DNA from: Mizuhopecten yessoensis
Taxonomy: Eukaryota
NCBI RefSeq assembly: GCF_002113885.1
Contig: NW_018408008.1
Span: forward strand, 56,731-118,778
Reading direction: 5' to 3'
Length of the DNA: 62,048 nucleotides
Positions 52,701-62,048 of the stretch are shown here, piece after piece. Each line of letters begins with the position of its first letter. The first letter of the stretch is position 1. The position numbers were made by a program, and so were the translations under genes. Below the pieces are notes generated by a model. The model worked only from the letters and a program-made list of their open reading frames with translations, was not told the DNA's origin and did not search any database.

Positions 52701-55510
52701 TCGTAGAGGGTAATGAAACCCTTGACAGTGTCGTCATCATTGGTTTTCATTTCCTCGTGGTTGTCTAGTTCTCTACTCTCATGTTCATCTTTGTTTTCCG
52801 TTTCCTCGGCATCTTCCACGACCTCGTCCTCGTTTTCCGCGTAGTACCAGTACTCGTCGTCGTCATACTGATATAAAATCTCACCTACAAATTGTTGTTG
52901 TGCCTCAGATAAATCAAGATCAGATGTAGGGGAGATGCATATTCTTTCAATTGCCGTTGTATCATCTTCTGGGGAAAAAAAGAAAAATGGTGCAGATATA
53001 AAACTTTGATTATATGCAGGGACGGGATACTTTGATTACCTATCATTTAGTTATGGTCGAGTAGTAAATGAAGAGATAATGAAAGGGTAGTGTTACATTT
53101 GTAACGATCTTGTTAAACATAGACACGTATATAGGAATACGTATTTAAGCTGTTCTATACTAACCCCTTTATTTGTACTCTACAGCTTTGTAAACAAAAT
53201 CTGGATATGATGGGGTAGATATGAATCTGTGCCAATTATGCACCTGTACTTGCGGTTCCTGCTGATGTATTTCTGTTATCCGGTTTGTCAGTTGTTTGTT
53301 GGGCACTGTAACGTTTGAATATCCTTCTTAAACGTTCTTTTCCTGTTTCCATTTCACCTCCCTCGCCAAGTTTTTGTCGAAAGCCTGTGTTTGGATCCCA
53401 GTCTAAATAGTTTGCAAGAAATTCTACAAGATTTGTTGATCCTGGACCATCAATTGGAAACTCTTCCCGTGACAACTGCTTTCGTAGGCATGTCTTTCCA
53501 GACTTTACATTTCCTATGAAGGTAACTGTGACGTTACAGGTTTGAACTAATTTCTCAGTGATTCCTTTCTTAACTTGATACTGTGCAAGTCGATCTGAAA
53601 ATACAAATATGACATATGAATTAATAGTACAAATATATTCCAATACCTCTTCTTTCTCTTAACAAATATGTTAACTATATATGAGTGTTACTCTAGCAAA
53701 ACTAACGACATATAACCTGCCTCTTGTACAATACTTAACCTCATGTTATAATAACTATAAACGAACCTAAATCAACTGACAACTAAATCATCCCCTCTAC
53801 CTCTGTATCAGTGTATCTCCATGGACAGCCTCTTTAAAGATATCAACTAGTTAAAAAAAAACCAGATCTGATAAAAACATTTCAAAGCATCGGTAAAGCA
53901 CAAAGTCATTATTTATAAACACAATTCACCAAATTCACTTTAGCTGGTAGCAATGTCCCCGGGGTGCTTTCAAAAACGTATTATACTTGAGAAATTATCA
54001 CACCTATACATATCTGCAACTAAACTGTTTTTTTCTCGCTTATTCAATCTATACGATTATCGGTTATCCCCCAATCCTCAACTTTTTCTTATAATGAAAT
54101 TTAACCTTTAACAAAATAAACCACTCAAAGTGTGATGACATCATAAGCTACAATACTGGTATTTGTAATTCTAACTTCTGAATGGTCGAAGTTGCTGAGC
54201 AATGAAATTGCTTTGCAATGTTGTTTTATATGCGAAATTATTATCTTTTAATCAAAAATCAATAAATATGTATCTGTTACATTTAGAGTTATGTGGTACA
54301 TTCCGAAAAAAAAGTACGTGTATTTGTGTTAATAATTGTTGAACTCAAAAAATGTCCTGGGTATTTTTTTAGTATATATATATAGCCAGATCATAGTTAA
54401 TGGTACATGCTGAATATCATATTTGTTTCACCAATATGGAGAAACATCAATATTTTTCAAAGATGCAAAGCAATACCAGTGAACATGAAACGATTAAGTG
54501 TTCATCTTATTGCATTTCAGATTGCAAACATACCACAGTGAGTTATAAATGTAGCAGCAAAGAGCGAAATTTAGTTGAGTGATCTTTAGCGGCACATTCT
54601 TATGACTTCAAGCTTGACGGCAAGGATGGGCGTCATTGTAAATTGACTTATCAACACAAATCTTCAGTTTCCAGCTATTTTTCGGTACGATTTGCTTGCA
54701 ATAACATTACAAAATAACGTAGTTTTGTACATTGCTTGGTGTATGAAGCTAAGATGAACAAAAACAACCACTTATTCTAATGTAGCTAAGCTGCAGTTAG
54801 AATAGGAAATATGCGGCTCAAAATGCAGTATACAAACATATTCTTATCATAATCGATACTTGAACTGATACATGTATAAGTATAAATTTTAATCTATCTT
54901 GATAACATCTGATATTTCATTCGTAAACAAATATAATGTATGTTTTTAGTTGTATATAAAATAATGATACTTATTTCAAGTTCTCAATATAAAGACACCA
55001 TAACTATTATGTAACTTTGAGGCATACTACAGTATTCAATAATTGCACACCGCGGTGTTTTATGCAAATACATATTTTACACCTTAAGTAAAAGTAAAAA
55101 TATGTACCAAAATGCTGGATCACCTCCCGGTATCTACTTTGATTCGGATCATCGTCCAACTTTTCTCTTGCCACATCCATTGGTCGGCGTCCTTTGTAAT
55201 TAACCTGCTGTATAGCGTCAGGACATTTTTCACATATGGACCTCATTATATTTTTCCATGGACGACCCTCTCTTGCCATGTAATGTAGCACATTGTATCC
55301 AAATAGATCCTGCACTGCCAATTCCTCGCCTGTCATCTCGTCGACCAAGTAGCTCGTCACTTGTTGATGATTATTAAATACGGTATGTATAATGGGTGTA
55401 AGACCGTCCTCATCTCTGATTCCTAAAGCCGACCTATTTCGTACGAGGACTTGCACTGTATTCAGGTCCCCACAACTTGCTGCATGGTGAAGAGGTAAGA
55501 TTGCAGACAT
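43496..55510 (-). CDS. Multi-exon Roco-family protein, ANK-Roc-COR-DD-DD (kinase-less, DAPK1-like architecture), ~1046 aa. Exons: 55510-55108, 53594-53244, 52968-52579, 52430-52312, 47912-47560, 47001-46122, 45015-44991, 44763-44446, 43797-43496
   Basis: All 8 introns are GT-AG with compatible phases (1,1,1,0,2,0,1,1). Exon lengths 403+351+390+119+353+880+25+318+302 = 3141 nt, with no internal stop. Motifs: ankyrin (PLHHAASCGDLNTVQVLV, GYNVLHYMA), P-loop GNVKSGKT, G3 LYDFGGE, G4 PIILTGSHLD, COR-like (VPARWIAMEQEL, IILNPNFILDALKCII, YYIVPCML), and two death-domain-like exons. Confidence 0.9.
44446..44763 (-). CDS. Roco gene exon: death domain 1
   Basis: LPDRIPSMKETGRIAKLISGKGYQMFFTELHLPIHILEQI...RATKMLLHVW...FAEIMDAM fits a six-helix death-fold pattern. 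318 nt, phase 1-1. Confidence 0.8.
44842..44902. repeat. Compound (TG)n/(TC)n microsatellite in Roco intron 7
   Basis: Seen directly in the sequence. Confidence 0.9.
44991..45015 (-). CDS. Roco gene 25-nt microexon (RRKRQPHI)
   Basis: ttttaacag|CGTAGGAAACGACAACCTCACATTG|gtaagt. It is required to convert phase 0 to phase 1 between COR and the first death domain. Confidence 0.8.
45060..45975. mobile_element. MITE or foldback element with ~190-bp inverted arms in Roco intron 6
   Basis: gaaagtgatgacgtcatgatatattatgacgtcacac...aaaattgacgcc (45202-45260) is the inverse of ggcgtcaatttt...catgacgtcatcactttc (45801-45860). The arms extend out to acaaatga / tcatttgt. Confidence 0.75.
46122..47001 (-). 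CDS. Roco gene exon: COR domain
   Basis: KLQMTGSMIVV...IILNPNFILDALKCIIT...METLGLLAKP...YYIVPCML...FIPYAIWDKLVATCI. Splice sites cttcag| and |gtaagt; 880 nt. Confidence 0.88.
47560..47912 (-). CDS. Roco gene exon: Roc C-terminus and COR-A start
   Basis: EEEKLEVF...MFPISN...QSEWMKLVPARWIAMEQELLKRK...VRYFLK. Splice sites cttacag| and |gtatgt. Confidence 0.88.
49024..49650. mobile_element. Nested Kolobok-like MITE
   Basis: GGTAGCAGAGTACAGTAGA at the left end, inverse TCTACTGTGCACTGCTACC|TTAA at the right end. The left TSD is degenerate. Confidence 0.55.
50439..51557. mobile_element. Nested Tc1/mariner-superfamily non-autonomous element
   Basis: TA|CAGTTAGAGATACGGCTAAGTATC ... GATACTTAGCCGTAATTCTAACTG|TA, with an internal 29-bp tandem repeat at ~50626-50750. 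Confidence 0.75.
52312..52430 (-). CDS. Roco gene exon: Roc G4 region (not in the ORF track)
   Basis: EGIESWLSSVGTYAVDDKADQNRTPPIILTGSHLDQVSGT matches the Roc W-L-x-S-I ... P-x-I-L-V-G-T-H-x-D pattern. Splice sites taacag| and |gtgagt. Confidence 0.88.
52579..52968 (-). CDS. Roco gene exon: acidic insert plus Roc G3 region
   Basis: EDDTTAIER...DDDEYWYYAENEDEVVEDAEE...KGFITLYDFGGETIFYNSHHCFMSGDMVFILVFDV. Splice sites ttttttccccag| and |gttgtt; 390 nt. Confidence 0.88.
53244..53594 (-). CDS. Roco gene exon: Roc N-terminus with P-loop (G1) and switch I
   Basis: VTVTFIGNVKSGKTCLRKQL...GPGSTNLVEF. Splice sites ttttcag| and |gtgcat; 351 nt, phase 1-1. Confidence 0.9.
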
Positions 55511-55522
55511 GATCGACGATGT
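55108..55522 (-). CDS. Roco gene exon: ankyrin repeats (~3 plus a capping helix); ATG at 55510
   Basis: Acceptor gtgttacag|ACATCG and donor TTTG|gtacat. Translation MSAILPLHHAASCGDLNTVQVLVRNRSALGIRDEDGLTPIIHTVFNNH...GYNVLHYMAREG...NYKGRRPMDVA. Confidence 0.9.
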
Positions 55523-56456
55523 CTGTAACACAATTCAAGAAACAACACAAATATATCGCTAGGACAACATGTGAGGATTTTTTAGCATATCACATAACGA
55601 CGAAGTTTATTTCTCTACGATATCTTGATGACAACTATGAACGTTGGATAAAGTGTTCATCATCTCTATGATGTAATTTAGTTCGATAGCAGTCGATATC
55701 TATCACAGAGGTCCTGATATTCGGAACAATCTATTGCTAAAGACGTTAATTCAAGTTCTCGTCGTGAAAGATATGCGACAAGCAATTGCAGCTACTTGTC
55801 AGGAATTTTAATTAACTGTACCCTGACTGTAGTCGAATAGACATTTCTCATGTTAAAGCAGGCTTAGCACGGAGACAGAGACGGACACTGAAAGTAGTAG
55901 ATTCAGGGAACATCTCAAAATTATTTTTCATTTTATCTGTATTATGAATTCCTGTCCCGCTGCTTGCGACAAAACATTTCAGATTTATCTTTTTGTGTTC
56001 CTAACCGACATTTAAACCCGCAGATTTTCAAACAAATTGATAAACTTCTCTAGGTTGACGACACCTTACTGGGTTTTTTTTAAGTTTGTTTTTGTTTGCT
56101 TTACAGTTTATACTTAAAAGCCTAAGTGCATGCTAAAGTTGATTGCAGTAGTATATAAATCCGCAAAGTAACTCCCCTGGAATTATCCCTATGAATGATA
56201 CCCCCACACACCACACACACCCCGATACTGAAATATTTTGGCTGTTTTGCATGGGGAAAAAAACCCTGAAACCTGTCGATTTCGAACGAAGTGAAAAATA
56301 GCAGAAAATTTAATAGATTTCTAATTTCTTCTTTTGATATTTTTCAGGAGAATACCCATGGACATACTTAAATACAAAAAAATATTCCTTTGATGGCTAA
56401 CTGGTGTAGCTTATCGATTGTTAAAACAGATGATTGAACGATAACGGTCGCTTCCA

Positions 56457-56648
56457 CAGGGACCTGGTAATTTATAACGTCTTTACTTGGACCTAAACTA
56501 AGGTGTTTAGAGTAAGTTTACATGCTTGAGTTTTTTTGGCATTTTACCGAAAATGAATCTAACCCCTCCCTCCCAACAACCATGTAACATTACTCTTAAC
56601 ACATTAGTTTAGGTCCAAGTATAGCTGTTATAAATGATCAGGTCCCTG
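56457..56648. mobile_element. Palindromic MITE (~190 bp, CAGGGACCTG...CAGGTCCCTG)
   Basis: Arms of ~75 bp are inverse complementary. The element is absent from the inverted paralog near 26950. Confidence 0.75.
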
Positions 56649-57567
56649 CGGTTGTTACATCGCGATCATGTTATTGTTGAGAAGGAACATACGAAAATGC
56701 AAAGGAATGATTAGATAAATACATGTGGAGCAAGTCCCTTCAGCTTACGCTATTGCATCTGTATTAATAGACATCGTGTCAGCGTTAAACATTTATTTCA
56801 TATTATGGAAATATCGTGTCATCAGAAGTTTGTGGATGGGAAATCTATTCTACAAATGTATAAATGAGATCACTGTCAATCTGGTAAAATATCAACTTCT
56901 TCATACTGACATTTCTGGTCCGGGGAATTTTAACTCATTCGGCGTCAGAAAAATACATCAGAGGTTTCAGGTGAGATCCTTAGCGGAAACATTGACATAT
57001 CAATTACCACGGTTGCATACTTGCCTCATTGATCCACGAAACAGACTATAACGAATGTGGTAACCAGACACATAATGTTGTATCAGGCGTTGCGCAAATA
57101 TGTTGTAAACGTTTTTCCACATGATGACCATCATGTTACCTGTTCGCTATACATGTAGTCACGTACATGTGCGTGTACACACTCTGACATACTATATACA
57201 TTACATTCAGTATGTGCTTGTCTAGGTCTATGTCTTGCCTGTAAACTTAATTGCGTAATCTACAAAGCACAACCTAATGTAAAACGTCTATGTGCGACTC
57301 ATGTGTAATATTGCTAACGTCCATGTCATTTTCAAATTGTACACATATAAACAAGCTTTTTGAAAATCTGATTAAATGACATTACTATCCAAATGAGCAG
57401 TTCGTTTTATTGTTGGTTGGACTAGGATTGGCAGATTTTTTATTATAAAGTAAAACATGTAGTTAAGTAATGTCCAATTGTTACAACGTCACCGTAAACT
57501 TTGAACGTGTAATTGTCATTTATATCGTAAACAGTATGCCGCACATTGTAATATATCATATGCTTAC

Positions 57568-57601
57568 CTGAGAGTCAAGCGAATATGGATCGTTGCATTC
57601 T
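57568..57601 (-). other. Probable upstream (5' UTR or short coding) 34-nt exon of the Roco gene
   Basis: ctctgtttttag|AGAATG...TCTCAG|gtaagc, with a strong acceptor and donor. One frame is open (ECNDPYSLDSQ) and joins in frame to the ANK exon. Confidence 0.5.
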
Positions 57602-57825
57602 CTAAAAACAGAGAACATTTACATTATCCAAATACACATACTCCTCACATACTAGTGTTGTCGATATTTAAGATCCTGAGATATAAAACTTTCTGAATCA
57701 AAGGAATGATACGATTGGACATAAACAGAGGCAGTATCAGAAGCAGGTGAGCAGTGTTGATACATCTGTGTTGTCAGTGGATCGGTCTGACCCTTGAACT
57801 GTCGTACTTATAGCTCATCCATTGT

Positions 57826-59075
57826 ACATATACTCGTGTTTATAAACATTGTTCATTACATGTGCAGAGCTGGAATATGTTTCAGATATTATTTTCTTGC
57901 AATTTTATTTATAATCTAGCTTTGTTTGTTTGTTTGTTTGATTTTGTTTAACGTCCTATTGACAGCTAAGGTCATTTAAGGACGGCCTCCCCTGTGTGCA
58001 AGATGCATGCGTGTAGTGTATGTGTGTGTATTTTGGGAGGCTGCGATATGTTCGTGTTCGTCTCCTTGTGATAGCGCGGAGCTGATGCCGACTNCACCCG
58101 GTCACATTATACTGACAACGGGCGAACCAGTCGTCCCACTCCTAATTTGCTGAGCGTTAAGCAGGAGTAGAAACTACCATTTTTAAAGACTTTGGTATGT
58201 CTCGGCCAGGGGACAGAACCCAAAGCCTTCCTCACAGGGGCGAACGCTCAACAAATGGCCAAAAGTGAGGCATTGTCAAGGGAGACATTAGGAAGAAGAA
58301 AGTTATTTAGAAAGGAGAGAAGAGATACGGTCCCAAATTTAGTCGCCTCTTACGATCATGCAATTGGGGGCAGCAGGTACAATTCTTACGCCCTACCTGC
58401 TACTGTAATATAATCAGTATATCCACACAATGTTTGAGGAGAGTAGATCAACAAAACATACCTTTACTTTTGCTAATGTGTACAGAACAATATGTGTGAG
58501 TTCAAAAATTTCAAACACTCTGAATCTTGATATTAGTGAAGTGTGTATTTTGGCAAACAATATAGCAAAAAAATGTACATATACTCGTGTTTATACACAT
58601 TGTTCATTACCTGTGCAGAGCTGGAACATGTTTCATATATTATTGTCTTGTAAATTTATTTATAATCTAGCTACTGTAATATAATCAGTATATCAACACA
58701 CTGTTTTAGGAGAGTAGATCAACAAAACATACCTTTGCTTTTACTAATGTGAACAGAATAATATGTTTGAGTTAAAAGTTTCAAACACTCTGAAACTTGA
58801 TATTAGTGAAGTGTGCATTTTTGTAAACAATATAGCATAAAATTGTATATATACTCGTGTTTATAAATATATTGTTCATTACCTGTGCAGAGCTGGAACA
58901 TGTTTCAGGTATCATTGTATTTGTTTTTTTTATTATTTATAATCTACTGTAATATATTATAAAGTATCTCCACACACTATTTGAGGAGAGTAGATAAAAA
59001 AACCCATACCTTTGCTTTTGCTAATGTGTACAGAATAATATGTTTGAGTTATTATTTTAAAAACATTCTGAAATT
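57826..59075. repeat. ~272-bp tandem repeat (~3 units)
   Basis: atactcgtgtttata recurs at ~57832, 58581 and 58852. Confidence 0.8.
57922..58399 (-). mobile_element. SINE (Meta-domain-like) with (TTTG)n tail, inserted into a tandem repeat
   Basis: (ttgt)n tail and cacattatactgac...gctgagcgttaagcagg...actaccatttttaaagactttggtatg. The flanks atctagct|...|ctactgtaat match the uninterrupted repeat unit at 58665-58680. Confidence 0.7.
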
Positions 59076-59756
59076 TGAGTGTGGTAAAAAATACAATGAC
59101 ACCTTGATTAGCATAGGTATAAAGAACATTACGATCAGTGGGTGACATACATTTTTTTTTTATTATTTTTTAATGTTTTGATTTTTTATTAAATTCAAAA
59201 TGTTTATAACATAAACATCTTTATAAATATACAAACAATGTGCATGGGGGTCTATAATCGCCTTTAAATAATGTACATACTGTTCAAAATATTCTATCAA
59301 GTATCAGTAATCGTCATACATATATATTAACAAATAAGTAAAAATTCACATTTTTTTATATACAAAAATAAACTTCCGGATATTCTTGTTCTATTCTAAT
59401 TATTATTGTATAATATTATAGTGTTTGATTTCCGGTTAGAGTCACGATGGTGAACAGACTTCGCACAAACGTTATTATATTATATTATATTTACCATATA
59501 ACGTAATTGAGATTAATTAATCTATGATATGAAGCGAAAGGTATATGGGAGTACATACACTTGTGGTTATGGAGATGGCCAAACTAGTCTTTTCTTGTGT
59601 AATTAAGTTGTTTTCAAATCCCAATTTTAGTATGACTTTGTATTTAATCTATTTGCCTTTCTTCCTTCTCTTTCTATGTCTTACCCTTCTTCTATTTTCT
59701 ATATCAGCTGCCAGACTAGTTGTTCCAGTCAGTAGGCCCTGCACGTGTCCAGGTTA

Positions 59757-62002
59757 ATGGGAGGTATTATAATAGTATCAGCAAATTGTCAGGGATTGGG
59801 GATAAAACAAAGAGAAAGGATTTTTTTTTCATATTTAAGGTGTAAAGATTTTAATATTTTTTGTATACCGGATACTCATTTTACTCCAGAAATTGAAGAT
59901 ATAATTAGGACAGAGTGGGGATATGAGTGTTACTTTAACTCTCTGAGGTCAAATTCTAGGTGGGTTGCAATATTATGTAATACTAATTTTGAGATAAAGG
60001 TTTTAAAAGTTAAAAAGCATTTGACTGGGAATTTCATAGCATTAGATTTAGAAATAGAAGGGAAACATATTACACTTATAAAAATCTATGGGCCAAATTC
60101 AGATACTCCATCTTTTTATGACAACATAGTAGAATCAATAGATGCTTTAAAAATGAATGTTTTATAATATAAGGAGATTTTAACTTAGTATTAAACCCTG
60201 AAATTGATTATGATAAAAGCGATAAAAATATCAATAACCCAAAAGCTACAGAAAATATCTTACAAATAATTGAATAGTTAGGAATGGTTGATGTTTATAG
60301 AGAACAGTATCCTGATAATAAAAGATATACATGGAGAAGAGGTTATCCAATTAAGCAAGCCCGGTTAGATTTTTTTCTCATTTCTGAAAACTTGTTACCT
60401 AGTGTAAATAAAACTAATATTGAGCCAGGATACAGATCTGACCATGCTTTTCCATTTATTATATTAAAAGTTAACGAATTTTTAGAAGGGGAAAGGACTA
60501 TAGAAGTTTATCAATTTGTTATTGCATGATTTAGACTATCTTGAAATTGTAAACAAAACTTTTTAAGACGTTAAAACCCAAAATGCTCTTCCAGTGTATA
60601 ATCCACACAATATATCCAATATTCTGGATTCTGAAATCCAATTCCTTATAGATGATCAGCTGTTTTTAGAAACGTTATTAATAGAAATTAGAGGGGAAAC
60701 TATTTCATATGCTTCACATTAGAAAAAACAACAGAATCATTTAGAAAACAATTTAAAAGATATTATAAAACATTTAGAATCGGTTAAAATAATTGATTTT
60801 GATAAATTAAAGGAATATATATATATATATATATATAAGATTACATAAACTAAGAGGTAGCATAATTAGATCTAAAGCTTAATGGGTTGAAGAGGGAGAA
60901 AAGACAACGAACTATTTTTTTAAATCTCGAAAACAGAAAATACACTTCAAAAATAATTCCAAAAGTAGAAAAAGAAAATGGGGATATAATAACTAATCAA
61001 AATGAGATACTTAGAAAGGTTAAATTATTTTATGAGTCTTTATATACCAATGATGACAATATAGATAATGTTAATTTAGACAACTTTATACATGACTTTC
61101 ATGTTCCTAGACTGAATGATATATAATCTGATAGTTTAGAGGGCATTATAACTCTTAAAGAAGCACCACATACATTCAATAATATGAAAAATGGGAAAAG
61201 CCCTGGTTCTGATGGTTTTACGGTTGAATTTTTAAAATGTATCTGGAAACAGCTGAATAACTTTAAAGTGAGATCAATCAATTTTGGTTACACTAATGGG
61301 CAATTATCAGTTACACAAAGACACCGAATAATAACATGTATACCTAAAGGGGATAAACCAAGACAGTTTCTAAAAAATTGGCGATCAATTTCTATGTTGA
61401 ATATTATATATAAAATTGCATCGGGGTCAAAAGCAGGGTGAATAAAAACAGTTTTAAATAGTATAATAAACACAGATCACACAGGTTTTATTTCGGGTCG
61501 TTATGTTGGGGAGAATACTAGGTTAATTTATGATGTCATGCAATATACAGATGAAAATAATATACCAGGAATGTTGTAAATTAAAGATTTTGAAAAGGTT
61601 TTCGACTCAGTGTCCTGGAAATATATTGAGAAAGTTCATGATTATTTCAAATTTGGCAATGGCATAAACAAATGGGTAAAAGTCTTTCATACAAACGCAA
61701 AGTCTGCAATAAATCAAGGGGGACATTTATCATCTTTTTTCGATATTAAAAGAGGTTGCAGGCAAGGTGATCCAATAGCTCCATATGTATTCATATTATC
61801 CGCTGAAATTTTAACTGTAAGACTGAGAAATAATAAATAATATAAATGGTATTAATATTGACATTTGCCCGCTTTTACTTCCCCATTATGCTGATGACAC
61901 TACATTGATTTTAGATGGCACACACATTTCATTAAAAGAGGCAATTGAAGAATTCAAAAGTTTTGCAAATAATTCTGAACTTAAAATAAACATAGAAAAA
62001 AC
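59757..62002 (+). mobile_element. Decayed L1/Tx1-clade LINE ORF2 (APE endonuclease plus reverse transcriptase), 3'-truncated
   Basis: SANCQGL..DFNIFCIPDTH, IYGPN, RYTW..ARLDFFL..YRSDH, KSPGSDGFT, NWRSISMLN..YKI, GCRQGDP, and YADD at ~61887. Many stops and frameshifts. Confidence 0.92.
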
Positions 62003-62048
62003 ACACGCTTACCTATGCATTCATAATATTCATAACTCCGCATTGTTT

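Noticed and set aside
43496-55510. Naming the gene DAPK1 or LRRK
   Set aside because: There is no kinase or LRR exon in the window. The architecture is only DAPK-like, so no symbol is given.

Overview
AT-rich, repeat-dense eukaryotic genomic DNA. The repeat repertoire (Helentron/HINE-type element, Meta-type SINE, Kolobok-like and Tc1 elements, L1/Tx1 LINE) suggests a bivalve mollusc, but this is inference only. The one intact protein-coding gene is on the minus strand at 43496-55510. By hand I reconstructed 9 coding exons with canonical GT-AG introns and fully compatible phases (3141 nt, 1046 aa). It encodes a kinase-less Roco protein: ankyrin repeats, a Roc GTPase with a long acidic insert, COR, then two tandem death domains. 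The first ~35.5 kb is a nested tandem segmental duplication (about 1-16.4 kb vs 16.4-35.5 kb) carrying dead Tc1 copies, a TTAA element, MITEs, SINE relics and minisatellites. It also holds the promoter and a tandemly duplicated start exon (MATGGSSPSKK / MTTRGSSPSKK) of a second minus-strand gene whose body is not in the window. 37.1-42.5 kb is a Helentron-type non-autonomous element with a ~180-bp satellite array that has been internally duplicated. The window ends in a decayed L1/Tx1 ORF2. Single N bases at 27154 and 58094 probably mark assembly joins.
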